Made by a program: the position numbers and the translations under genes. Positions 7,670-17,031 of a stretch of 36,535 nucleotides of DNA are shown piece after piece. This DNA is from Candidatus Methylomirabilota bacterium. GTDB lineage: Bacteria; Methylomirabilota; Methylomirabilia; Rokubacteriales; CSP1-6. Within the stretch, counting starts at the first letter, position 1. Every line of letters starts with the position of its first letter. Below the pieces are notes generated by a model that did not search any database, was not told the origin of the DNA, and saw only the letters and a program-made list of their open reading frames with translations. The stretch is from the NCBI GenBank assembly GCA_046734515.1, contig JBKPRI010000394.1, forward strand, positions 1 through 36,535, written 5' to 3'.

Positions 7670-8425
7670 ATGGATCGACCGATCGCCTACGACAAGCTCG
7701 CGCGCGAGGACCGCTTCGTGCGGATGCGCACGCGGGATGTGGCCAACGCCAAGATCGAGCAGGGGATGCCGCCGTTTCCCGACCTCTCCAGCGACGCGTC
7801 CATGCGCGATCGCATCCACGGCATCCTCGTCGGCGAGATGCAGGCCATGGAAGGCGCGGGGCGCTCCGTCTACGACTTCCCGGACGCGCCGTGGGAGTTC
7901 ACGATGGACATGGCGCGCCAGGTCTGGGACGAGTCGCGCCACGTCGAAACGTACCTCGGGCTCCTCGATCACCTGGGCGGCTACGTGGGAGAGTTCCCAG
8001 AGACCACGCTGCTCTGGCGCTGTGCGTGCGCCGAGGACGCCGCGGCCCGGGTGGCCGGCGTGAACCGCGGCCTCGAGGGCCTGGCCTGCGACGTCTTCAA
8101 CCAGCTCATCCACATCGCCAGGAAGATCGGTGATCCCGTGCTCGAGCGCTCGGTCGACTACGTGCTGGCCGACGAGATCACGCACGTGCGCATGGGCTCG
8201 CGCTGGCTCAACGAGCTGACGCGCAACGATCCCGAGCGCCGCAAGCGGGCGATCGACTTCCAGGATTCGATCGACGAGCGCTTCAATCTGGGCGGCACGC
8301 GGCAGGACGGGCATCACGAGGTGGTGCCCATCTCGATCGCCAAGGACGCGCGCCGCCTGGCCGGCTTCACCGACGAGGAGATCGAGCGGCTCGTCAAGAG
8401 CACGCAGCGGTCCCAGGTGTACTAG
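7670..8425 (+). CDS. Ferritin-like diiron protein (DUF455-like, 251 aa)
   Basis: The four-helix-bundle ligand pattern E (GEMQAME), DESRH, E (GLEGLA), DEITH is present. The start is ATG 7670. The 444-aa ORF from 7091 is an artefact of the upstream LysR remnant. Confidence 0.85.
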   Translation: MDRPIAYDKLAREDRFVRMRTRDVANAKIEQGMPPFPDLSSDASMRDRIHGILVGEMQAMEGAGRSVYDFPDAPWEFTMDMARQVWDESRHVETYLGLLDHLGGYVGEFPETTLLWRCACAEDAAARVAGVNRGLEGLACDVFNQLIHIARKIGDPVLERSVDYVLADEITHVRMGSRWLNELTRNDPERRKRAIDFQDSIDERFNLGGTRQDGHHEVVPISIAKDARRLAGFTDEEIERLVKSTQRSQVY

Positions 8426-8437
8426 GGGCGTCCCAGG

Positions 8438-9409
8438 CTGGCCGCACATCCGCTCGAAGGGCACTTCAGCGTCGACGTCGCCGCGCGGCGTCTCCGCCAC
8501 TACCGCTACGTCGAGGAGCGCACCATGCGCATCCTCGGCGGCTGGATCGCGCTCACCCCGGAAGTCGACGTCAAGCTCCTCTTCGGCCGCCACGTGTGGG
8601 ACTGCGCCCAGCACGCCGACCTCTGGGGCCGGCGCCTTCCCGAGCTGCGCGCGAAGGCGCAGGAATCCGAGCCGGCGAACCCGGAGGTCGTGGCCGTCTT
8701 CGACCTGATCGAGACGGCCGAGGCGCCGGGGCAGACGGTCGAGCGCGTCACCGCCATCTACCGCGTGATGAAGCCGCACCTGGCCACCGTGTACGAGCGC
8801 CATCTTGCCGTCGCCAACCCCGTGTACGAGCCGCCCACCCGCCGCATCCTCCTGCGCTGTCTCGACGAGGAGCGGCGGCACGCCGCCGCCGGCGCGCTCG
8901 TGCTCGGGCGGCTCATCGCCCGCACGCCCGCCCTGGGCGAGCGCGCCCGGCAGTGGGAGCGCCGGGTGCTCGAGGCTCTGGCGGGTGCGCGTGGGATCAC
9001 CGGCGACGTTGAGCCGCCGCTGGTCGTCGATCCCCCCACGCCGGCCGATCCTCTGGCCGTCGCGCAGGACCTCGTGGCGCCGCCGCGGCCGCCCGAGGTG
9101 GAAGCCGCGCTCGGTGATCTCGCGCGACCGCTCGCGGCTCACCGGGCGGCGATCGCGCGCGGCGATCTGGGCGCCGTGCGCGCCGAGCTCAGCGCCGACG
9201 CCGCGCCCGACGCCGTCGGGGAGTACGCCCGGCTGATGCCGCCGTTCGACAGCGTGGACGTCGTCGGTGTGGCGCGCATCGGCCGCCAGCGCATGGTGAA
9301 GCTGGCGCTCGCCGGCCCGCGCGGCCGTCAGGTCTTGCAGGAGCGCTGGATGCCGGCCGACGGGGGCTGGCGCGTCGTGACCGTCGAGGTCACCGACCGC
9401 ACGTCCTGA
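8438..9409 (+). CDS. Second ferritin-like protein (degenerate ligand set) with a C-terminal NTF2/SnoaL-like extension; start uncertain (CTG 8438 or ATG 8525)
   Basis: Helical segments YVEERTM, WDCAQHAD and LDEERRH, then a Pro-rich linker and a ~100-aa domain ending GGWRVVTVE. Coding-like sequence continues upstream of ATG 8525. The stop overlaps the next start (TGATG). Confidence 0.7.
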   Translation: MAAHPLEGHFSVDVAARRLRHYRYVEERTMRILGGWIALTPEVDVKLLFGRHVWDCAQHADLWGRRLPELRAKAQESEPANPEVVAVFDLIETAEAPGQTVERVTAIYRVMKPHLATVYERHLAVANPVYEPPTRRILLRCLDEERRHAAAGALVLGRLIARTPALGERARQWERRVLEALAGARGITGDVEPPLVVDPPTPADPLAVAQDLVAPPRPPEVEAALGDLARPLAAHRAAIARGDLGAVRAELSADAAPDAVGEYARLMPPFDSVDVVGVARIGRQRMVKLALAGPRGRQVLQERWMPADGGWRVVTVEVTDRTS

Positions 9410-10749
9410 TGCGCCGCGTCCTGGTCGCCAACCGCGGCGAGATCGCTCGCCGTATCTTCCGGGCGTGCCGCACGGCTGGTCTCGCCACGGTCGCCGTGTA
9501 CTCCGAGGCCGACAAGGACGCGCCCCACGTCCGCGACGCCGACCAGGCGATCATGCTCGGCCCGCCGCCCGCGCGCGAGAGCTATCTCGACGTGGAGCGC
9601 CTCATTCACGCCGCGCGGCGCAGCGACGCCGACGCCGTGCACCCGGGCTATGGCTTCCTCTCCGAGAACTGGCGGTTCGCCGAGGCGGTCACGCGCGCAG
9701 GGCTGACGTTCATCGGCCCCCCCGCCGAGGCCGTGCGCGCCATGGGCGACAAGACCGAGGCGCGGCGGCTGATGGCCGCGGCCGGCGTGCCGACGATGCC
9801 CGGCAGTCCGGGGCCCATCTCGGACGCCGCCGAGGCTGAGGCGCTTGGCGCGCGCGTCGGGTTTCCGCTGGTCATCAAGGCGGCGGGTGGCGGCGGCGGC
9901 ATCGGCATGGTGCGCGTGGACAAGGCGGCGGACCTTGCCAGCGCGTTCGCCGCGGCCACGCGGCGCGCGCAGTCGGCCTTCGCCAATCCCACCGTCTACG
10001 TCGAGCGCTATCTCGAGCGTCCACGGCACGTCGAGGTCCAGGTGTTCGCCGACCGCCACGGCGCCGTCGTGCACCTGCACGAGCGCGAGTGCTCCATTCA
10101 GCGCCGCCACCAGAAGCTGATCGAGGAGTCGCCGGCGCCCACCCTGCCGGCGGCGACCAAGCGCGGGCTCACCGAGGCCGCCGTGGCCGGCGCGCGCGCG
10201 ATCGGCTACGTGAACGCCGGCACGATGGAGTTCCTCGTCGACGCTGCGGGCGGCTTCTATTTTCTCGAGATGAATACGCGCATCCAGGTCGAGCATCCCG
10301 TGACGGAAGAGGTGACCGGACTGGACCTCGTCCTGGAGCAGCTGCGGGTGGCGGCGGGCGAGCGGCTGTCGTGGCGCCAGGAGGATATCGGCCAGCGCGG
10401 CGCCGCCATCGAGGTTCGCGTGTACGCCGAGGACCCTGACAAGAACTTCCTGCCCTCGCCGGGCACGATCACGCGGCTGGAGCTCCCGGCGGGCGAGGGG
10501 ATTCGCGTGGAGTCGGGCGTGGAGTCCGGCAGCGTGGTCTCCGTCCACTACGACCCGCTGCTCTTCAAGCTGATCGCGCGCGGTGCCGACCGCGAGGAGG
10601 CGCTTGCCCGCATGCGCACCGCGCTCGCGGCGACGGTGGTCGAGGGCGTGAAGTCCACCGTGCCGTTCCTCCGCAAAGCCCTCGAGCATCCCGACGTTCG
10701 CCGTGGCGCGCTCCACACTCAGATGGTGGACCAGGGCGCCTTCCGCTAA
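9409..10749 (+). CDS. accC: Biotin carboxylase subunit of an acyl-CoA carboxylase
   Basis: VLVANRGEIA, HPGYGFLSEN, GGGGIGM, ERECSIQRRHQKLIEESP, FLEMNTRIQVEHPVTE. Confidence 0.93.
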   Translation: MRRVLVANRGEIARRIFRACRTAGLATVAVYSEADKDAPHVRDADQAIMLGPPPARESYLDVERLIHAARRSDADAVHPGYGFLSENWRFAEAVTRAGLTFIGPPAEAVRAMGDKTEARRLMAAAGVPTMPGSPGPISDAAEAEALGARVGFPLVIKAAGGGGGIGMVRVDKAADLASAFAAATRRAQSAFANPTVYVERYLERPRHVEVQVFADRHGAVVHLHERECSIQRRHQKLIEESPAPTLPAATKRGLTEAAVAGARAIGYVNAGTMEFLVDAAGGFYFLEMNTRIQVEHPVTEEVTGLDLVLEQLRVAAGERLSWRQEDIGQRGAAIEVRVYAEDPDKNFLPSPGTITRLELPAGEGIRVESGVESGSVVSVHYDPLLFKLIARGADREEALARMRTALAATVVEGVKSTVPFLRKALEHPDVRRGALHTQMVDQGAFR

Positions 10750-10779
10750 ACTCCGAATTTACAAAAGGAGCCCCTGTCC

Positions 10780-10995
10780 ATGCCGGAGGAGATCAAGGCT
10801 CACATCACGGGCGTCGTCTTTCAGATTCCCACCAAGCAGGGTGACAAGGTGGGCGCGGGCGACCCCGTCATCGTGCTGGAGTCGATGAAGATGGAGATTC
10901 CCGTCGAGGCGCCGCGCGCGGGCGTCGTGCGGGAGATCAAGGTGCAGGAGGGGCAGACGGTGCAGGAGGGCGACACCGTCGCCGTCCTGGAGTAG
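10780..10995 (+). CDS. Stand-alone biotin carboxyl carrier protein (71 aa)
   Basis: ESMKME biotinylation motif and AGGAG RBS. Confidence 0.93.
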   Translation: MPEEIKAHITGVVFQIPTKQGDKVGAGDPVIVLESMKMEIPVEAPRAGVVREIKVQEGQTVQEGDTVAVLE

Positions 10996-11006
10996 GGAGA
11001 GCAACC

Positions 11007-11516
11007 ATGAGCGCCTCGATGCTGCGCGATCTCTACGAATACCATCGCTGGGCCAACCGCCGGCTCTTCGACGTGGCCGCGGCACTCGGCGAGGAGGCCT
11101 GCGCCAAGGACCTCGGCAAGCACTTCAGCGTGCCGAACCTGACGCGCATGTTCGCCCACATCTACGGCGCCGATCTGAACTGGCTCAAGCGCTTCAAGGG
11201 CTCCTCGCCGACGGAATCGCCCTTCTTCGAGATCGCCACGATGGCCGAGGTGCGCCGCCAGTGGGACCCGCTCGAGGCCGAGCAGAAGGCGTTCGTCGAG
11301 GGGCTGAGCGAGGCGGACGTCGCCCGCGAGATTCATTACAAGACCTCGCGGGGCGAGGCGTTCCACGTCGCGCTCGGTGTGCTGCTCCAGCACGTGGCCA
11401 ATCACGCGACGCACCACCGCAGCGAGATCGCCACCATGCTCACGCTCCTGAGCGGCTCGCCGCCCGACACCGGGATCAACACCTGGATCCTGCACCGCAC
11501 CGGCCAAGCGCGCTGA
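11007..11516 (+). CDS. DinB/YfiT-superfamily metalloprotein (not Pol IV)
   Basis: Y..WAN.R N terminus and the His triad AH ... NHATHHRSE. Confidence 0.88.
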   Translation: MSASMLRDLYEYHRWANRRLFDVAAALGEEACAKDLGKHFSVPNLTRMFAHIYGADLNWLKRFKGSSPTESPFFEIATMAEVRRQWDPLEAEQKAFVEGLSEADVAREIHYKTSRGEAFHVALGVLLQHVANHATHHRSEIATMLTLLSGSPPDTGINTWILHRTGQAR

Positions 11517-11520
11517 TCGC

Positions 11521-13074
11521 ATGCCGATGAAGGACCACGCCGACGACCTCGCCCGGCGGCGGGCGAAGGCGCGGCAGATGGGCGGCGAGGACGCGGTGGC
11601 GCGGCAGCACGCCGCCGGCAAGCTGACCGCGCGCGAGCGCGTCGACCGGCTCTTCGACAAGGACACCTTCACCGAGATCGGCGTGCACGCCACACACGCC
11701 GGGATCGCGCCCGATCTGGCCGGCCGCGACACGCCGGCCGACGGCGTCATCACGGGCTTCGGCAAGATCGACGGGCGGATGGCCTCCGTGATCGCCTACG
11801 ACTTCACGGTCATGGCCGGTTCGATGGGCCGCAACGCCGAGACGAAGTGCAACCGCGCGCGCGAGATCGCCTACACCAAGCGCGTGCCGATGATCTGGCT
11901 GATCGACTCCGCCGGCGCGCGCATCCAGGAGGCGATCGGCTCGCGCTGGTTCGCCGGCTCCGGTGTGCTCTTCCGCGAGGAGTCGGTCTTTTCGGGTGTC
12001 GTCCCGCAGGTCGCCGCGATGATGGGCCCCGGCGCCGCCGGCACCGCGTACATCCCCGCGCTCGCCGACTTCGTGCCGATGGTGAAGGGGACCAGCAACA
12101 TGGCGCTCGGCGGCCCGCCGCTGGTGAAGGCGGTCGTCGGCGAGGACATCACCGCCGAGGAGCTCGGCGGCTCGAAGGTCCACACCGAAATCTCCGGCGT
12201 GGCCGACCTCGAGGTGGACGACGACGAGCACTGCCTGCGCGTGATCAAGGAATACCTGGCGTACTTCCCGTCGCACAACCAGGAGCCGCCGCCGGTGATC
12301 GCCTGCGACGACCCGGTGGACCGCCGCGACGAGGAGTTGTTGACGATCCTTCCCGACAGTCCGCGCCGCGCCTACGACGTGAAGAAGGTCATTCGCGCTC
12401 TGGTGGACCACGGCCGGATGCTGGAGATCAAGCCGGGCTGGGCGAAGAACATCGTGACAGCGCTGGCGCGGCTCAACGGCCACCCCGTCGGCGTCATCGC
12501 CAACCAGCCGATGGTGCTGGGCGGCGCGCTCGATCTCGACAGCGCCGACAAGGCCGCGCGCTTCATCATGCTGTGCGACGCCTTCAACATCCCGCTGGTC
12601 TTCCTGCAGGACGTCCCCGGCTTCATGGTGGGGAGCAAGGTCGAGCGTGCCGGCATCATCCGCCATGGCGCCAAGATGCTCTACGCCGTCAGCGAGGCCA
12701 CCGTCCCCAAGCTGACCGTGGTCATGCGCAAGGCGTACGGCGCCGGCTACTTCGTCATGTGCGGCCGCGCCTACGAGCCCGACCTGATCGTCGCCTGGCC
12801 GACGGCGGAGATCAGCGTGATGGGCCCCGAGGGCGGCACCAACATCGTCTACCGCAAGGAGATCGCCGCTGCCGCGAACCCGGATGAAGAACGTGCCCGC
12901 CGGGTGGAGGACTTCCGCAAGCTGATCTCTCCTTATATCGCCGCCGGCGCCGCCCTCATCGACGACGTCATCGACCCGCGGGACACTCGCCCGACCTTGA
13001 TCCGCGCGCTGGAGATGGCCAAGAGCAAGCGCGTGGACCGCCCCTGGCGCAAGCACGGCGTGATGCCGGTCTAG
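11521..13074 (+). CDS. Acyl-CoA carboxylase carboxyltransferase (beta) subunit, PccB-like
   Basis: GKLTARER, DFTVMAGS, DSAGARIQE, DVPGFMVG, RKAYGAG, IDDVIDPRDTR, RKHGVMPV. Confidence 0.93.
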   Translation: MPMKDHADDLARRRAKARQMGGEDAVARQHAAGKLTARERVDRLFDKDTFTEIGVHATHAGIAPDLAGRDTPADGVITGFGKIDGRMASVIAYDFTVMAGSMGRNAETKCNRAREIAYTKRVPMIWLIDSAGARIQEAIGSRWFAGSGVLFREESVFSGVVPQVAAMMGPGAAGTAYIPALADFVPMVKGTSNMALGGPPLVKAVVGEDITAEELGGSKVHTEISGVADLEVDDDEHCLRVIKEYLAYFPSHNQEPPPVIACDDPVDRRDEELLTILPDSPRRAYDVKKVIRALVDHGRMLEIKPGWAKNIVTALARLNGHPVGVIANQPMVLGGALDLDSADKAARFIMLCDAFNIPLVFLQDVPGFMVGSKVERAGIIRHGAKMLYAVSEATVPKLTVVMRKAYGAGYFVMCGRAYEPDLIVAWPTAEISVMGPEGGTNIVYRKEIAAAANPDEERARRVEDFRKLISPYIAAGAALIDDVIDPRDTRPTLIRALEMAKSKRVDRPWRKHGVMPV

Positions 13075-13082
13075 CTCGGCCC

Positions 13083-14315
13083 ATGCGTCTGGCGGTCGGC
13101 AACGTCGCCGACCAGTTCTTCGTCACGGACGTCTTCCGTGAGCCCAGCTATCGACGGCTGTGGGCCTCCGGCCTCTGCCTGAGCATTGCGCGCTGGATGG
13201 ACCTGGTGACGCTCGGCTGGCTGTCCTTCCAGCTCACGGGCTCGCCGTTCATGGTCGGGCTGGCGGCGTTCGCGCGCGCCGCGCCCATGATGTTCGTGGG
13301 GCCGTTCACCGGTATCGTCGCCGACCGTGTGCCGCGTGCCCGCGTGCTGCTGATCTCGCAGACCGCCGGGCTGATCACGGCGCTCGCGCTCGCCGCCATC
13401 TTCGCCTCCGGCCGCGGCGGGTACTGGTCGCTCGTGGGGCTGGAAGTCGTGTTCGGCCTCGTCTGGGCGCTCGATTTTCCCTCGCGGCGGACGGCGCTCT
13501 ACGCGGTGCTGGGAGCCTCGCGGGTGGCGCAGGCGGTCTCGCTCGAAACGGTGTCCATGCAGATCGCCAAGATGCTGGGGCCGCTGGCCGCCGGGCTCTG
13601 CCTGGCGCGGGTGGGGCCGGAGGCATCGTTCGCGAGCATGGCGCTGCTCTACGCGGTCGGGCTCATGGCCTCCAGCCGGCTCGGCGCGCGGCTCGGAGGA
13701 CCGTCGGCGGCGACCGCCTCGCTGGCTGCCACCATGCGGGCGGGACTCCACGCGGCGTGGACGACGCCCACGGTGCGCGCGGTGCTGCTGGTGACGATCG
13801 CGATGAACACGCTCTTCTTCCCCTACCAGCACATGCTGCCGGTCTTCGCGCGCGAGATTCTCCTGGTGGGGCCGGTCGGCCTCGGCGTCCTGGTGGCCGC
13901 CGACGGCTGCGGGGCACTGCTGGGGGCGCTCTACATCGCCTCGCGGCGCGGGCAGATCGGCCATCGCACGCTGTTCGGAAGCGCGGTGATGGTGGCGCCG
14001 CTGCTGCTGGTGGCGCTGTCGGGCTCGCGGCGGATCGGTCTCTGCGTCGCCCTGCTGGTGGTGATGGGCGCGGCGGAGTCGGGATTCGCGGCGATGCAGA
14101 GCACGCTGGTGCTCCTCTCCGCGCCCGAGCGATTGCGCGGGGGTGTCATGGGCATCCTGTCGGCGTGCATCGGCACCCAGCCGCTGGGCACGCTGGCCAT
14201 CGGACTGCTGGCCGCGAGTGCGGGCGTGCCCGCGGCCTTCACCGTGAACGCGCTCGCCGCGCTGGTCGTGATCGTTCCCCTGGCTCTGCCGCTGGTGCGT
14301 GGCCGGCCGGATTGA
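13083..14315 (+). CDS. MFS transporter
   Basis: About 12 hydrophobic segments and motif A-like GIVADRVPRAR. Confidence 0.9.
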   Translation: MRLAVGNVADQFFVTDVFREPSYRRLWASGLCLSIARWMDLVTLGWLSFQLTGSPFMVGLAAFARAAPMMFVGPFTGIVADRVPRARVLLISQTAGLITALALAAIFASGRGGYWSLVGLEVVFGLVWALDFPSRRTALYAVLGASRVAQAVSLETVSMQIAKMLGPLAAGLCLARVGPEASFASMALLYAVGLMASSRLGARLGGPSAATASLAATMRAGLHAAWTTPTVRAVLLVTIAMNTLFFPYQHMLPVFAREILLVGPVGLGVLVAADGCGALLGALYIASRRGQIGHRTLFGSAVMVAPLLLVALSGSRRIGLCVALLVVMGAAESGFAAMQSTLVLLSAPERLRGGVMGILSACIGTQPLGTLAIGLLAASAGVPAAFTVNALAALVVIVPLALPLVRGRPD

Positions 14316-14317
14316 AT

Positions 14318-14326
14318 TGGCATAAT
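14318..14326 (+). promoter_or_regulatory. Extended -10 promoter (TGGCATAAT), probably for a leaderless mRNA
   Basis: TGn-CATAAT ends 6 bp before ATG 14333 and no SD sequence is present. Confidence 0.5.
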
Positions 14327-14332
14327 CGCGCC

Positions 14333-15250
14333 ATGCGCCCGAGCTGGCAGGCGCGCTGCTGCACCGTCGTCATCCGGGTGCTGATGCGCCGGGTCCGATG
14401 GGGCGGGGACGCCGAAAAGCTCGCCCGCCGCACGCGCCGGCTCTTCGGCGCGCCCAACCCGTTGCAGTGGCTTCGCGCTCGCGGTGTGCGCATCGAGCCG
14501 GTGCAGGGAGACGTCCGCGGTGAGTGGGTGACGGCCGCCGGCGCCGACCGCGGCGTCATCCTCTATATGCATGGGGGCGGCTACGTCGCCGGCTCGCCCG
14601 CCACCCACCGGCCGATCACCGCAGCCCTGGGGCGGCTGACCGGACGCCGCGTGTTCAGCCTGGACTACCGGCTCGCGCCGGAACATCGCTTTCCCGCCGC
14701 GCTCGATGATGCGCTCGCCGCCTACCGCTGGCTGCTCGGGCAGGGGATCGCGCCGTCCAGGCTGGCGCTGGCCGGGGACTCGGCGGGAGGCGGCCTGGTG
14801 CTGGCCCTGTCGCTGCGTGCTCGCGATGAAGGTCTGCCGCAGGCGGCGTGCGGCATCTGCCTCTCACCGTGGACGGATCTCGCCGGCTCGGGCGACTCGC
14901 TGACGCGGAACAACGGTGTCGGCGCGATGTTCCGGCCCGAGAACATGGCCGAGTTCGCCCAGGTCTACCTCGGTCCCGTGACGCCCAAGGAGCCGTACGC
15001 CTCGCCGCTCTACGGCGACCTGCGCGGGCTTCCACCGCTGCTCTTCCAGGTCGGATCGGAGGAGCTGCTCCTGGACGACTCCTGCCGCGTCCACGAGGCG
15101 GTGCGGGGCGCGGGCGGGCGCTCGACGCTCCAGGTCACCTGCGGGGTCTTCCACGTCTGGCAGATGCTGGACGGCTTCCTGCCCGAGGCGCGAGAGGCCC
15201 TGCTCCGCGTGGCGGACTTTCTCGAAAAGACGAAGGGCCCGGCTGGTTAG
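14333..15250 (+). CDS. Alpha/beta hydrolase, HSL-family esterase (305 aa)
   Basis: HGGGY, DYRLAPEH.FP, GDSAGG nucleophile elbow, C-terminal FHVW. Confidence 0.92.
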   Translation: MRPSWQARCCTVVIRVLMRRVRWGGDAEKLARRTRRLFGAPNPLQWLRARGVRIEPVQGDVRGEWVTAAGADRGVILYMHGGGYVAGSPATHRPITAALGRLTGRRVFSLDYRLAPEHRFPAALDDALAAYRWLLGQGIAPSRLALAGDSAGGGLVLALSLRARDEGLPQAACGICLSPWTDLAGSGDSLTRNNGVGAMFRPENMAEFAQVYLGPVTPKEPYASPLYGDLRGLPPLLFQVGSEELLLDDSCRVHEAVRGAGGRSTLQVTCGVFHVWQMLDGFLPEAREALLRVADFLEKTKGPAG

Positions 15251-15261
15251 AGCCGGGCCCT
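15234..15261 (-). terminator. Intrinsic terminator of the sigma-factor gene (possibly bidirectional)
   Basis: AGGGCCCGGCT-GGTTAG-AGCCGGGCCCT forms a perfect 11-bp stem, followed by TCGTCTTTT on the minus strand, between convergent genes. Confidence 0.75.
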
Positions 15262-15285
15262 ATGTAAACCGCGGCGCGGGGCGTC

Positions 15286-16785
<1,500 letters not shown>

Positions 16786-16984
16786 CGTGTCACCGAGCGC
16801 CTTGTCTTTGCCTCTTAGGATGGAGCGAATCCCCGATTCGTTTCATCGAAGGGCATCAAGAAACAAGCCAACGGCCTGCGTTTTCCTAACCGGTTGTAAG
16901 TCCTACGGGGTCCCTGGAAATGGGCGCAAAAGCAGAACGCGCGGGTAGGAAAACCGGTTCACTATTATCAGCCTAAGTTTCTCC

Positions 16985-16993
16985 TGTTATGAT
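16985..16993 (+). promoter_or_regulatory. Extended -10 promoter for the malic enzyme cluster
   Basis: TGTTATGAT in the AT-rich divergent intergenic region. Confidence 0.5.
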
Positions 16994-17031
16994 GTCCGGG
17001 CCCTGGAGGCGAGCATTACAATCGGTACCGG

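Noticed and set aside
7091-8425. 444-aa LysR-ferritin fusion ORF
   Set aside because: It arises from a 7-bp duplication in a LysR pseudogene, and the 'linker' spans the promoter/operator of the real gene starting at 7670.
8423-8425. Pyrrolysine/amber recoding
   Set aside because: TAG terminates many core genes here (rplM, argJ, tsf) and no pyl genes are in view. An in-frame neighbour occurs by chance one time in three.
11007-11516. Functional link between this DinB-family gene and dinB Pol IV at 1046
   Set aside because: They share a name only. The DinB/YfiT helical metalloproteins are unrelated to Y-family polymerases.
13160-14332. N-terminal extension making the esterase 696 aa
   Set aside because: It overlaps the MFS gene in another frame and is low-complexity. 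The esterase begins at ATG 14333.
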